From assembly GCA_002269645.1 (NCBI GenBank), contig NIVC01001228.1, positions 62,001-126,000 of the forward strand: a stretch of 64,000 nucleotides of DNA. The letters are read 5' to 3'. The notes below the pieces were generated by a model, which worked only from the letters and a program-made list of their open reading frames with translations, was not told the DNA's origin and did not search any database. Of this stretch, positions 50,852 to 63,882 are shown in pieces (position 1 is the stretch's first letter; every line of letters begins with the position of its first letter). The DNA comes from Macrostomum lignano. Its lineage: Eukaryota. The translations under genes were made by a program, and so were the position numbers.

Positions 50852-51600
50852 TTAGAATCGCCTCTGAACCGCCTTCAAAATCGCCTCTGAACCTCTTTTA
50901 GAATCGCCTCTAAACCACCTTCAGAATCGTCTCTGAACCACCTTCAGAATCGCCTCTGAACCGCCTTCAAAATCGCCTCTGAACCTCTTTTAGAATCGCC
51001 TCTAAACCACCTTCAGAATCGTCTCTGAACCACCTTCAGAATCGCCTCTGAACCGCCTTCAAAATCGCCTCTGAACCTCTTTTAGAATCGCCTCTAAACC
51101 ACCTTCAAAATCGTCTCTGAACCACCTTCAGAATCGCCTCTGAACTACCTTCAGAATCGCCTCTGAACCGCCTTCAGAATCGCCTCTGAACCACCTTCAG
51201 AATCGCCTCTGAACTACCTTCAGAATCGCCTCTGAACCACCTTCAGAATCGCCTCTGAACTACCTTCAAAATCGTCTCTGAACCACCTTCAGAATCGCCT
51301 CTGAACTACCTTCAGAATCGCCTCTGAACCGCCTTCAGAATCGCCTCTGAACCTTCAGAATCGCCTCTGAACCTTCAGAATCGCCTCTGAACCTTCAGAA
51401 TCGCCTCTGAACCTTCAGAATCGCCTCTGAACCTCCTTTAAAATCGCCTCTGAACCGCCTTCAGAATCGCCTCTGAACCTCCTTCAAAATCGCCTCTGAA
51501 CCGCCTTCAGAATCGCCTCTGAACCACCTTCAGAATCGCCACTAAACCACCTTCAGAATCGCCACTAAACCACCTTCAGAATCGCCTCTGAACCACCTCT
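50852..51600. repeat. 23-bp minisatellite TTCAGAATCGCCTCTGAACCACC between NUB1 and UPF2
   Basis: Direct reading. Confidence 0.96.
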
Positions 51601-52085
51601 GCCTTCATAAAATGCTTTTCTGTCTTATAAACAGTTTATCCAGCTGTGTCTTGCGGTGCGAACCCCCTAAAAAACTGAAATTCGGTCAATAAGCCGACCT
51701 ATTGTATTTATTTTTGTCTTTCTTCTACTTTTGCGTATCGTGGTATATACGGTTTTTGTTAAACTAAAATTTTATGTATTCCGCGAATCGTAAAATGCGC
51801 AAACTTCTTTGGTGATGCATTATTAATAAAATCTCTATAATTTATTCAGCGATACTACAACTACTGCTTAGTAGTATTGACATTTTTTGGGGTAGCATTA
51901 TTTATTTAAGCTAAGTTTTGTATTACACCAAACCAAAGGGGGGGGGGCTAAGAGTGCTAGTCCACTATACTAAAACTGCGATGTTTGTATCTGTTTCTAT
52001 GTACTTTTCAGCAGGAAAGCGCCGCACTAACATTATATATAATAAAACAATAGTGCAACGAGCTTCTCCAATGAGCTAAATTTCC

Positions 52086-55000
52086 ATGGCTGCAGAAGTT
52101 GATAATGCTGACCAAATGCAGAGCGGTAGTAAGCTATTGATGAATATTGGTTAAAATTAATTAATTGTACATTAATTACGTTAATTAATAAATTCAATTT
52201 CTAGATGAAGCAACGGATAAGGAGAAGCCGGCAACAGATCTGGCGGGAAGTAATCCTTTATCCGAGGAAGAAATGGTTTGTAAAAATTAGCCTTTCTTAC
52301 TACTTACTTATTTCGCGATTTAGTAGTATTGTAAGAAAAAACAAGTTTTTAACGTAATTATTTAAGGCCGAATTGGAAGCATATCGCGTTGAATTGTCCA
52401 CTCGTTACGGCCAGTTAGACGCTCTGTTGCTAGGCAACGAGAATCCTAGCGAGTGCGCAGATTTTCCACCATTCGCCAAGAATGACTCTAGTCTGAAACG
52501 AAATACCGCCTTTGTGAAGAAGCTGGTGAGTTTCGTGTTCAGGAGGCATAAACTATGCGTGATATCATGTTTTATAGCCTAAGATATCAGCACCCCATTT
52601 GAGTCTTGGCAGCTCAGCAACTCCCCCCCCATTTGAGTCTTGGCAGCTCAGCAACTCACCCCCCCCATTTGAGTCTTGGCAGCTCAGCAACTCCCCCCCC
52701 CATTTGAGTCTTGGCAGCTCAGCAACTCCCCCCCCATTTGAGTCTTGGCAGCTCAGCAACTCCCCCCCCCATTTGAGTCTTGGCAGCTCAGCAACTCCCC
52801 CCCATTTGAGTCTTCGCAACTCAGCAACTCCCCCATTTGAGTCTTGGCAACTCAGCAACTCCCCCCCCATTTGAGTCTTGGCAGCTCAGCAACTCCCCCC
52901 CCCATTTGAGTCTTCGCAGCTCAGCAACTCCCCCCATTTGAGTCTTGGCAGCTCAGCAACCCCCCCCAGTTGAGTCTTGGCAACTCAGCAACTCCCCCCC
53001 ATTTGAGTCTTCGCAACTCAGCAACTCCCCCATTTGAGTCTTGGCAGCTCAGCAACTCCCCCCCCCCATTTGAGTCTTGGCAGCTCAGCAACTCCCCCCC
53101 CCCCATTTGAGTCTTGGCAGCTCAGCAACTCCCCCCATTTGAGTCTTCGCAACTCAGCAACTCCCCCATTTGAGTCTTCGCAACTCAGCAACTCCCCCCC
53201 CCATTTGAGTCTTGGCAGCTCAGCAACTCCCCCCCCCATTTGAGTCTTCGCAGCTCAGCAACTCCCCCCATTTGAGTCTTGGCAGCTCAGCAACCCCCCC
53301 CCAGTTGAGTCTTGGCAACTCAGCAACTCCCCCCCATTTGAGTCTTCGCAACTCAGCAACTCCCCCATTTGAGTCTTGCCAGCTCAGCAACTCCCCCCCC
53401 ATTTGAGTCTTCGCAACTCAGCAACTCCCCCATTTGAGTCTTGGCAACTCAGCAACTCCCCCACCCCAGTTGAGTCTTGGCAACTCAGCAACTCCCCCAT
53501 TTGAGTCTTGCCAGCTCAGCAACTCCCCCCCCATTTGAGTCTTGGCAACTCAGCAACTCCCCCCACCCCAGTTGAGTCTTGGCAACTCAGCAACTCCCCC
53601 CATTTTAGTCTCGGCAACTCAGCAACTTGTCTCTGTCGCCTCTGATTTGTGGAGATGCCCAACAGACCCCTAAAAGACTAACAAGCAACCCCATGTTAAT
53701 TAGCGGCACTAGCAAACTCCATCAATTGCTCAAATCCCGCAGAAAAACTACACAGAATCTCAGCGAGACGCCATCATGCGAGAACTGCCAGCCCTGAACC
53801 TGACTAAATACCTTGAAGAAGTTGCCAATGCACTGTTAGAAGCCAAGTTGAAATCTAGCGATCTATCAAGCATCTTGCTAATTAATTGTTTACTAGCTAG
53901 AAACTATGCTGAATACGCTGAATTAGCGCTGGATGCTTGGCGAAAGGTTCTGCTGCCAAAGCAGCAACAACAGCAGCAGCAGCAACCGAAAGAGTCCCAG
54001 CAGAACCAGTGGAATCTGGCTAAACTACGTGTCGATCTCCGTCTATACTCGGATTTAATATTCGCAAAAGTTCTACCAACAATGCCAGCTTTGAAGCTGC
54101 TTGGCCAATGCTTGCAAGCTCTGACATTGAATGACGCGGATTTCTCTCACTGCGGTTTAGTCTGTCACCTGTTGAGCCACTCTGGCGACTCGCTTATTGG
54201 CCAGTTGCCAACTAGAAAACTCGCGCTGGCCAACCGGTGCAGCCCAGCAGTTGAGTTGCCTCGCGGTACTCACTATTTAGAGGCCGAGACCAGGCGTCCG
54301 TTCTATCGATTGTTAACCGAATATGGCAAACGGTTGACCAGCTCACTGACCGACCGGGCTGGCGAGTTGAGTCGGATGGATCGGCAGAATCGGCGAATTT
54401 TGAATAGTAAAGGCGAGCTCAGCCAGGACAGGCGCGACGCTTTTGAGACGTGCAAAAAAGAAGTTGATAGATTGCTTGGTGGGTGACAATTGCAATAAAT
54501 TTTGCTTTTCTTGATTCACTCAACAAAAGTCGGTAGAAATCCCCATAAATCGGTAGAAATCCTCAAATCGGTAGAAATCCCCATACAAATCGGTAGAAAT
54601 CCCCATATAAAACGGTAGAAATCCCCATATAAAACGGTAGAAATCCCCATATAAAACGGTAGAAATCCCCATATAAGTCGGTAGAAATCCCCATATAAAA
54701 CGGTAGAAATCCCCATATAAAACGGTAGAAATCCCCATATAAAACGGTAGAAATCCCCATATAAAGTCTGTAGAAATCCCCATATAAAACGGTAGAAATC
54801 CCCATTTAAACGGTAGAAATCCCCATATAAAACGGTAGAAATCCCCATATAAAACGGTAGAAATCCCCATATAAAACGGTAGAAATCCCCATATAAAACG
54901 GTAGAAATCCCCATATAAAGTCTGTAGAAATCCCCATATAAAACGGTAGAAATCCCCATATAAAACGGTAGAAATCCCCATATAAAACGGTAGAAATCCC

Positions 55001-56978
55001 CATATAAGTCGGTAGAAATCCCCATATAAAACGGTAGAAATCCCCATATAAATCGGTAGAAATCCCCATATAAGTCGGTAGAAATCCCCATATAAAACGG
55101 TAGAAATCCCCATACAAATCGGGGAAATCCCCATGTAAGTGGTAGAAATCCCCATATAAAGCGGTAGAAATCCCCATATAAAACGGTAGAAATCCCCATA
55201 TAAAGCGGTAGAAATCCCCATATAAAGCGGTAGAAATCTCTATTAAAATTGCCAGGCCTGGCCAACCAGCTGTGCAACTTACTCGGCGAGCCAGCTCCCG
55301 AACTGCCGCCAATCGAATCGGACGATCTGGACGAAGAGGAGCGGGCCGTGGCCGACTCTCTGTCTGCCCCGGCCGGAGCGGGTCGCCTCCCAGGCCTGGA
55401 CGAAGCTTCGGGCGTTTTAGGCCGCTTTGAAGACGAGGACGCGAGAGCTTTCTACGAAACTCTGCCAGATTTGAGGCCAATGCTGCCGGAAGTGCTGGTT
55501 AGAGAGGCCAAAGAGCGAATGGAGACTGCTGCTGCGGCTGCTGCTGCTACTAAGCAGGTATAGGCCAGTAGCAGTATAGCAAAGCTACTAATAGTAGCAA
55601 TATAGCAATGCTACTAATAGTAGCAATATATCAATGCTACTTATAGTAGCGATATAGCAATGCTACTAATAGTAGCAAAATAGCAATGCTACTAATAGTA
55701 GCAATATAGCAATGCTACTAATAGTAGCAATATAGCAATGCTACTACTAGTAGCAATATAGCAATGCTACTAATAGTAGCAATATAGCAAAGCTACTAAT
55801 AGTAGCAATATAGCAATGCTACTAATAGTAGCGATATAGCAATGCTACTAATAGTAGCAATATGGCAATGCTACTAATAGTAGCAATATAGCAAAGCTAA
55901 TAATAGTAGCAATATAGAAATGCTACTACTAGTAGCAATATAGCAATGCTACTAATAGTAGCAATATAGCAATGCTACTAATAGTAGCGATATAGCAATG
56001 CTACTAATAGTAGCAATATTGCAATGCTACTAATAGTAGCAATATAGCAATGCTACTAATAGTAGCAATATAGCAATGCTACTAGCAATATAGCAATGCT
56101 ACTAATAGTAGCAACATATAACAGAACTACTTTATTGACTTTTTTCATTAAATAACCTGTAGAAAACAGAAGATTCAATCGCGCTAAAAGAAGAAGAAAC
56201 CGAGCGTCAAGAAGATCAAAGCAAAGCCGAACAGAAATCAGAATCTGCAGAAGCAGACACGGAAGCAGCGGAAGACGATGAAGCCGCTTTAGAACGAGAA
56301 CTGCTCGAAGAGGAAGAGCAGCAAGCGGCTGCGGCGGCAGCGCCTGCGGAGCCCGACAGTGTCGAAACTACCGACGCTACTTCGACCTCGGCCACTGCTC
56401 AGCAAGATGACGATGAAGAATCTGCTGTATTAACTAGCCAACCTGCTGCTCCTGCTCAGACTCAGACTCAGCGCCAGGCTCAGCTAGAGCAGTTCCTGAC
56501 CGCGCTGCCAACTCTTGTCAATCGCGACATGATCGATAAAGCGGCTGTGGAATTTGCCACCGGATTGAATTCCAAATCCGCCAGGAAGCGCCTGAGTCAC
56601 GCCATGCTCACTGTGCACCGCAGCAGGTCCGACCTGCTGCCGTTCTACGCCCGTCTGGCCGCCGTGCTGCAGCCCGTGGCGCCCGAGGTGGCCCAGGAGC
56701 TGCGGCAGCGGCTGCAGGCCGACTTTCGGCACGCTTTTCATAAGAAAGACCACACTAACCTGGAGTCCAAGCTGAAGGTTGGTGCCGCTTGGGCTGTCTG
56801 CCTGTCTGTCTGTCTGTCCGTCTGTGTGTCTGTCTGTCTGTCTGCCTGTCTGTCTGTCTGTCCGTCTGTCTGTCTGTCTGTCTGCCTGCCTGTCTGTCTG
56901 TCCGTCTGGCTGTCTGTCTGTCTGCCTGTCTGTCTGTCTGTGTTTGTGTCTGTGTCTGTCTGTCTGTGTTTGTGTCTG

Positions 56979-57016
<38 letters not shown>

Positions 57017-57231
57017 GCTGTCTGTCTTGCTGCCTGTCTGTCTGCCTGCCTGTCTGCCTGCCTGTCTGTCTGTCTGTCTGTCTGTCTCTCTTTGTGCCTG
57101 TCTGTCTGCCTGTCTGTCTGTCTGCCTGTCTGTCTGTTTGTCGGTCTGTCTGTCTGTTTGCTTGTCTGTCTTTGTGTCTGTCTGTCTGATCTATCTGTCT
57201 GTCTGTGTGTCTGTCTGTCTGTCTGTCTGTA

Positions 57232-57266
<35 letters not shown>

Positions 57267-57309
57267 GTCTGTCTGTCTGTCTGTCTGTAATTCTGTCTGT
57301 CTGTCTGTG

Positions 57310-57347
<38 letters not shown>

Positions 57348-57393
57348 GCTGTCTGTCTTGCTGCCTGCCTGTCTGTCTTCCTGTCTGCCTGCC

Positions 57394-57432
<39 letters not shown>

Positions 57433-57519
57433 GTCTGTCTGTCTGTCTGTCTGCCTGCCTGTCTGTCTTTGTGCCTGTCTGTCTGTCTGTCTGTCTGTCT
57501 GTCTGCCTGCCTGCCTGCC

Positions 57520-57565
<46 letters not shown>

Positions 57566-57598
57566 CTTGTCTGTCTTTGTGTCTGTCTGTCTGATCTA

Positions 57599-57651
<53 letters not shown>

Positions 57652-57992
57652 GTGTCTGTCTGTCTGTCTCTCTGTAATTCTGGCTGTCTGTCTGTGTGTC
57701 TGTCTGTCTGTCTGTCTGTCTGTGTGTCTGTCTGTCTGTCTCTCTGTAATTCTGGCTGTCTGTCTGTGTGTCTGTCTGTCTGTCTGTCTGTCTGTGTGTC
57801 TGTCTGTCTGTCTGTCTGTAATTCTGTCTGTCTGTTTCTCTGTTATTCTGTCTGTCTGTCTGTGTGTCTGTCTGTCTGTCTGTAATTCTGTCTGTCTGTC
57901 TGTGTGTCTGTCTGTCTGTCTGTCTGTAATTCTGTATGTCTGTCTGTGTGTCTGTCTGTCTGTCTGTCTGTAATTCTGTCTGTCTGTCTGTG

Positions 57993-58033
<41 letters not shown>

Positions 58034-61000
58034 TAGACTTTGTAATTCCTATCATTTTATTGCCTAATAAACAATATTGATAACAAAATTCACTCGCTCC
58101 CCGCAGACTGTCAGATTCATCGGAGAGCTGGTCAAATTCGGCCTGTTTCCTTTGGCTGATGCGGCCGCTGATTTGAAATTGCTAATTATTAATTTCAGTC
58201 ATCACAGCATTGAATTGGCTTGCACCCTATTGGAAAGCTGTGGCAGGTATCTGTATGCTACACCTGAGACTCACCTGCGTATTAAGGTGCGTAATTGCTT
58301 TGTTTTATTACGGAATGGCCTGTGATGCTCTCTGATTGGTCAGTGACTGACTGAGCAGCCTGTTGTGCTCTCTGATTGGTCAGTGACTGACTGAGCAGCC
58401 TGTTGTGCTCTCTGATTGGTCAGTGACTGACTGAATACCCTGCGGTGCTCTCTGATTAGTCAGTGACTGACTGAATACCCTGCGGTGCTCTCTGATTGGT
58501 CAGTGACTGACTGAGCGGCATGTGGTGCTCTCTGATTGGTCAGTGACTGACTGAATACCCTGCGGTGCTCTCTGATTAGTCAGTGACTGACTGAATACCC
58601 TGCGGTGCTCTCTGATTAGTCAGTGACTGACTGAATACCCTGCGGTGCTCTCTGATTAGTCAGTGACTGACTGAATACCCTGCGGTGCTCTCTGATTGGT
58701 CAGTGACTGACATTCTCTCTCTTATTAACCCTAATGTTCTTCCCTGCTTCATGGCAACAATTCAGGTGTACCTGCGCAATCTGTGGAACAAGAAGACCAA
58801 GATGGTAACAGACGAACGCCTATCAGCAATGATTGAAAATGCCTATTATTCTGTGGCGCCGCCCGACGCCAACTCTCGTAGATTAGCCAAAGTAGTCCTG
58901 TTGCCGCCAATGATGCAGTTCCTGCAACGGCTGCTGTTCAAGGACCTGTGCAATTCTACCGTTGAAAAGGTGACACACCAGTTGTGTGCTGGCGGGACCT
59001 CTCGGCTAGTGGGAATGCTGCAGTTTTACAAGGATGTGGGGAATTCTTTGATGAGGACCATTGTTTATAGAGTGTGTAATTTTGTAAGGGGAATTATTCA
59101 GCATGAAAATCATTAATCAACAAGGAATTATTTAGCATGAAAAATTATTCATCAACAGGGAGTTATTTAGCATGGGGAATTATTCATCAACAGGGAATTA
59201 TTCAGCATGGGGAATTATTCATCAACAGGGAATTATTTAGCATGAAAAATTATTCATCAACAGGGAGTTATTTAGCATGGGGAATTATTATTCAACAGGG
59301 AATTATTCAGCATGGAGAATTATTCATCAACAGGGAATTATTCAGCATGGGGAATTATTCATCAACAGGGAATTATTCAGCATGGAGAATTATTCATCAA
59401 CAGGGAATTATTTAGCATGGAGAATTATTCATCAACAGGATATTGTTCAGCATGGAGAATTATTTATTAACAGGGAATTATTCTGCATGGAGAATTATTA
59501 ATCAATAGGGAATTATTTAGCATGGGGAATTATTAATCAACATGGAATTATTCAGCATGGAGAATCTTTTTTCAGGAGAAATTATTCATCGAAGAAGAAT
59601 TATTCCAAACAGACAGGATAAACAAATGCTAACACCTCAAACCCCCCAGGTGCTGAACCTGTGCCTCCGGCTGCCCTGGACTGATCCAAAAATCTCCCAA
59701 TTTGCTGTCCGCTGTTTCACCAGCGTCTGGTGCATCCCCTACAGCTCTGTGCACTGCCTGGCCTCAGTCCTGGCCGGTCTGGCACCCTACCAACCGTCAG
59801 TTGCCATAGCCGTAGTTGACAACGTGCTGGAAGACATTCGCCTCGGCATGGAGATTAACGAGACTCGATTGAATCAACGCAGAATAGCTTGCTCCAGATA
59901 CCTGGGCGAGCTGTACAACTACTGCCTAGTTGAGAGCGGGCTGATATTTAATACTTTGCATTCTTTTATATCCTTTGGTGTAGACCTGTCCGATCCTACC
60001 GCTCCTGAGCAGTCTTCTCAACCTCCGGCAGCCGATTACATTTCGCTTGATCCTCCCGAGCATCTACTCAGGATTCGTCTGTCGTGTGTTCTGTTGCAGA
60101 CTTGCGGGCAGTACTTCGACACAGGCTCTAATAAGAAGCGCCTAGACGCCTACCTGCTCTACTTGCAGCAGTATTATTGGTCTAAACGGCGGCAATTAGT
60201 TTGGTCTAGCGAGGATCGACCGTTTCCTTTAGATATCGAATATCTCTACACAGAGACTGTGGACTCTTTGAGGCCGAAATTTAAGCACGCAAATAATTTT
60301 CAAGAGGCCAGATTGTTAGTTGACAAGCAGGAGAAAGCTTTTCTTGCTAAGCTTGGTAAGTTTTTTATCTTGGAGGAGTTGCCGGTGCATTAAAATAAAA
60401 TCTCCAAATCCCTAATCCCATATTCCAGATCCCTAATCCCACATTCCAGATCCCTAATCCCATATTCCAAATCCCTAATCCCATATTCCAGATCCCTAAT
60501 CCCATATTCCAAATCCCTAATCCCATATTCCAGATCCCTAATCCCATATTCCAGATCCCTAATCCCATATTCCAAATCCCTAATCCCATATTCCAGCACC
60601 CTAAATCCCATATTCCAGATCCCTAAATCCCATATTCCAGATCCCTAATCCCATATTCCAGCACCCTAAATCCCATATTCCAGATCCCTAAATCCCATAT
60701 TCCAGATCCCTAATCCCATATTCCAGCACCCTAAATCCCATATTCCAGATCCCTAAATCCCATATTCCAGATCCCTAAATCCCATATTCCAGATCCCTAA
60801 TCCCATATTCCAGATCCCAATCCCATATAGATCCATAATCCCGGATCCCAGATCCCATATTCCAGGTCCCTAATCCCATATTCCAGGTCCCTAATCCCAT
60901 ATTCCAGGTCCCTAATCCCATATTCTAGATCCCAATCCCAGATCTCGTGACTCTTTTGCTCTAAGTCTGCAGCTCTTGCCCTCTTGATTAAGCCCAAGGG

Positions 61001-62374
61001 CAAACCCTAACCCAAATCATTCGCAGAACGCGTGGCCGCCAAGCTTCAACAGCAAAGCGACACAGCAGCTCGCGGTCAGCTGACCACGATAGTTGAAGCC
61101 TCCGGCGCCGCAGGTGCCACCTCGACAGCTTCGGGCACGTCAGCGACTGAAGACGAAGACGATGAGGACGATGATGATGAAGAAGAGGACGGAGATGACG
61201 AAAGAGGCGGCGGGAAGCGACGTTCCGGTGGACGGAATCATCGTCGGGATGACGCTGGCACCGACGGTGATAATCCGGAAGGCGAAGACGACGCCGACAG
61301 AGCATCATCGAACTCGGCGACTCCCCAGCGGCGACAGTCGCCCAGGCCGGAGCTGATGGCCTGCCCGGAGGACGAGGAATTCGTTCGAGCTTTCGAACGA
61401 ACTCTGGCTGTGGAAGGTGGCGTGGGCGGCGGCGGCGTCGGCGGCGGCGTCGGTGGCCCGCCCGGGTTTCTGTCCGCTTCCGGCGATCCGAATTCCGTCG
61501 CCTGTGCCTCCAATTCTCCAGCCGCTGACGCTCCGGCTGCTGGCACCGTGGCCTTCACCGTCATGGCCCGCCGTGGCGGCAGCTCGCGCAACCAGCCTGT
61601 GGTGCGGCTGCCGGCCGACAGCCACCTGGCCAGGCGTTACCTGGCCGCCGTTGAAGCCGACGCCAGAGAGCGAGAGGCTGTCAAACGAGCCACGCTGAGC
61701 ATCACGGAGGCGCAGATGCGGCGAGACGAAGCTGCGGATGAGGCGGCAGCGGCAGCTGCGATTGCCGATGCGGAGGTGCCGCATCTCATCGGCCACAGGC
61801 AGCGCGGCGGCGGCGGCGGGCGCTGGCAGCACCGACAGGGCGGAGCTGGCAGGTAATTGGCGTGCGGGTCTGTGTCCCAGATCCCCAGTTTCTGGGCCAG
61901 CCTCCCAGATCCTCAGTTGCTGGGCCAGCCTCCCAGATCCCCAGTTGCTGAGCCAGCCTCCCAGATCCCCAGTTGCTGGGCCAGCCTCCCAGATCCTCAG
62001 TTGCTGAGCCAGCCTCCCAGATCCCCAGTTGCTGGGCCAGCCTCCCAGATCCTCAGTTGCTGGGCGAGCCTCCCAGATCCTCAGTTGCTGGGCGAGCCTC
62101 CCAGGTCCTCAGTTGCTGGGCGAGCCTCCCAGATCCCCAGTTGCTGGGCGAGCCTCCCAGATCCTCAGTTGCTGGGCGAGCCTCCCAGATCCTCAGTTGC
62201 TGGGCGAGCCTCCCAGATCCCCAGTTGCTGGGCGAGCCTCCCAGATCCCCAGTTACTGGGCCAGCCTCCCAGATCCCCAGTTACTGGGCCAGCCTCCCAA
62301 ATCCTCAGTTGCTGGGCCAGGAAAAACCGCTTCTACAAGCTAAGCAGCAATTAAATTTCATTTCCAGATATTGA
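52086..62374 (+). CDS. UPF2: Regulator of nonsense transcripts 2 (three MIF4G domains, acidic/low-complexity tail)
   Basis: Proposed exons 52086-52128, 52205-52275, 52367-52525, 53743-54478, 55256-55557, 56163-56777, 58107-58286, 58766-58969, 59650-60355, 61027-61852, 62368-62374, all phase-consistent. Motifs [94 protein letters not shown]. The first two exons and the last 7-nt exon are tentative (alternative stop at 61856). Confidence 0.95.
52590..53628. repeat. ~31-34-bp minisatellite ATTTGAGTCTTGGCAGCTCAGCAACT(C)n in UPF2 intron 3
   Basis: Direct reading, with a variable C-run. Confidence 0.96.
54530..55240. repeat. 22-bp minisatellite GGTAGAAATCCCCATATAAAAC in UPF2 intron 4
   Basis: Direct reading. 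Confidence 0.96.
55575..56115. repeat. 26-bp minisatellite GCAATATAGCAATGCTACTAATAGTA in UPF2 intron 5
   Basis: Direct reading. Confidence 0.96.
56795..58035. repeat. (TCTG)n microsatellite in UPF2 intron 6
   Basis: Direct reading. Confidence 0.97.
58323..58710. repeat. 40-bp minisatellite ...GCTCTCTGATTGGTCAGTGACTGACTGA... in UPF2 intron 7
   Basis: Direct reading, about 9-10 copies. Confidence 0.95.
59085..59590. repeat. 35-bp minisatellite CAGCATGGAGAATTATTCATCAACAGGGAATTATT in UPF2 intron 8
   Basis: Direct reading. Confidence 0.94.
60405..60940. repeat. 21/22-bp minisatellite CCCATATTCCAGATCCCTAAT in UPF2 intron 9
   Basis: Direct reading. Confidence 0.95.
61870..62320. repeat. 28-bp minisatellite CTGGGCGAGCCTCCCAGATCCTCAGTTG in the putative last UPF2 intron
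   Basis: Direct reading. Confidence 0.95.
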
Positions 62375-63029
62375 ACCCGAGTTTCTGCTGCTATCAACTC
62401 TGCTTTTTTAACTTAAAAAACTTTAAGTCTGTCTTCAAGTAAAAAATTAACAATTCTTGTAGTTAGTACTTGTCTGCCTTTTATTTAGCAAATTTATAAG
62501 GTAACAAAACGTGCATCTGCTTGGTATGTTCCCAGCTAATCTGTACAGCTTATAGCTCATGCCTGTGTAATTTTGTGTTGCCAAATATATATAAAATATG
62601 CATAAAGTCAAGTTGGTTTATTACCTGTTCACAATATTCAGACATTAAAGAAACTTCAAACATAAATTATTGTGCAATTTTATTATTATTAATTCACCAT
62701 AATTATTTTATTAACAGCAAGCAATCAGCAATAAGTATTAATTGAAGAGAGAGATTAATCGGTGCTATTAAAACTTACAGCAAGAAGTAATACGCATTTA
62801 TGAGTAGAAAGACGAATAACAGGTCTGCATTGACATAAATCAAGAGGAAAAGCATGATAGCTCGTGTTATTAACAATGCGGCGATGGGAATGAGATTGGG
62901 ATATCATTGAAGTTTTAATTATACATAATTGATTGGTTGTGAGTATGAATTACAGTTACCAAGCATTCTTGATATATGTTAATCTGCTTAAACCTTTGCT
63001 GTGGCAAATTAGACAACTACAGATACAGG

Positions 63030-63670
63030 ATTCCTAGTTGCTAGGGATTTTCCACTGTTGCTAGGGATTTCCTATAGATACTAGGAATTTCCCATGGTTG
63101 CTAGGGATTTCCTATGGTTGCTAGGGATTTCCTATGGTTGCTAGGGATTTCCTATAGATGCTAGGGATTTCCATTGTTGCTAGGGATTTCCTATAGATGC
63201 TAGGGATTTTCCACTGTTGCTAGGGATTTCCTATAGATACTAGGAATTTCCCATGGTTGCTAGGGATTTCCTATGGTTGCTAGGGATTTCCTATGGTTGC
63301 TAGGGATTTCCTATAGATGCTAGGGATTTCCATTGTTGCTAGGGATTTCCTATAGATACTAGGGATTTCCCATGGTTGCTAGGGATTTCCTATGGTTGCT
63401 AGGGATTTCCTATGGTTGCTAGGGATTTCCTATGGTTGCTAGGGATTTCCTATAGATGCTAGGGATTTCCATTGTTGCTAGGGATTTCCTATAGATACTA
63501 GGGATTTCCCATGGTTGCTAGGGATTTCCTATAGACGCTAGGGATTTTCCACGGTTGCTAGGAATTTCCTATAGATACTAGAAAATTTCATTGTTGCTAG
63601 GGATTTCCTATGGTTGCTAGGGATTTCCTATAGTCGCTAGGGCTTTCCCATGGTTGCTAGGGATTTTCCA
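63030..63670. repeat. 20/21-bp minisatellite TGCTAGGGATTTCCTATGGT downstream of UPF2
   Basis: Direct reading. Confidence 0.95.
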
Positions 63671-63882
63671 TAAAAAATTGAGTTTTAATAGTTGCATAGA
63701 TAACCTATTTACTCATATATTTATATACCTAAGATTTTGCATAGTTACTGGGGCTTCCCCTTATAATTATCTATTTTTGCCATGCCCAACCATGATAAAA
63801 TGCCATTTTGATGCGCTGTTACATAATGAAGAAGCGAGCTGGTCGTACAATATATGAATAATGTTACACGTAAGTCAATCCG

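Noticed and set aside
54516-55480. Minus-strand ORFs [22 protein letters not shown] repeats
   Set aside because: These come from the 22-bp intronic array of UPF2.
56779-57973. (CLSV)n ORFs, also at 21186-21701 and 35440-36838
   Set aside because: These are TCTG/CT microsatellite translations.
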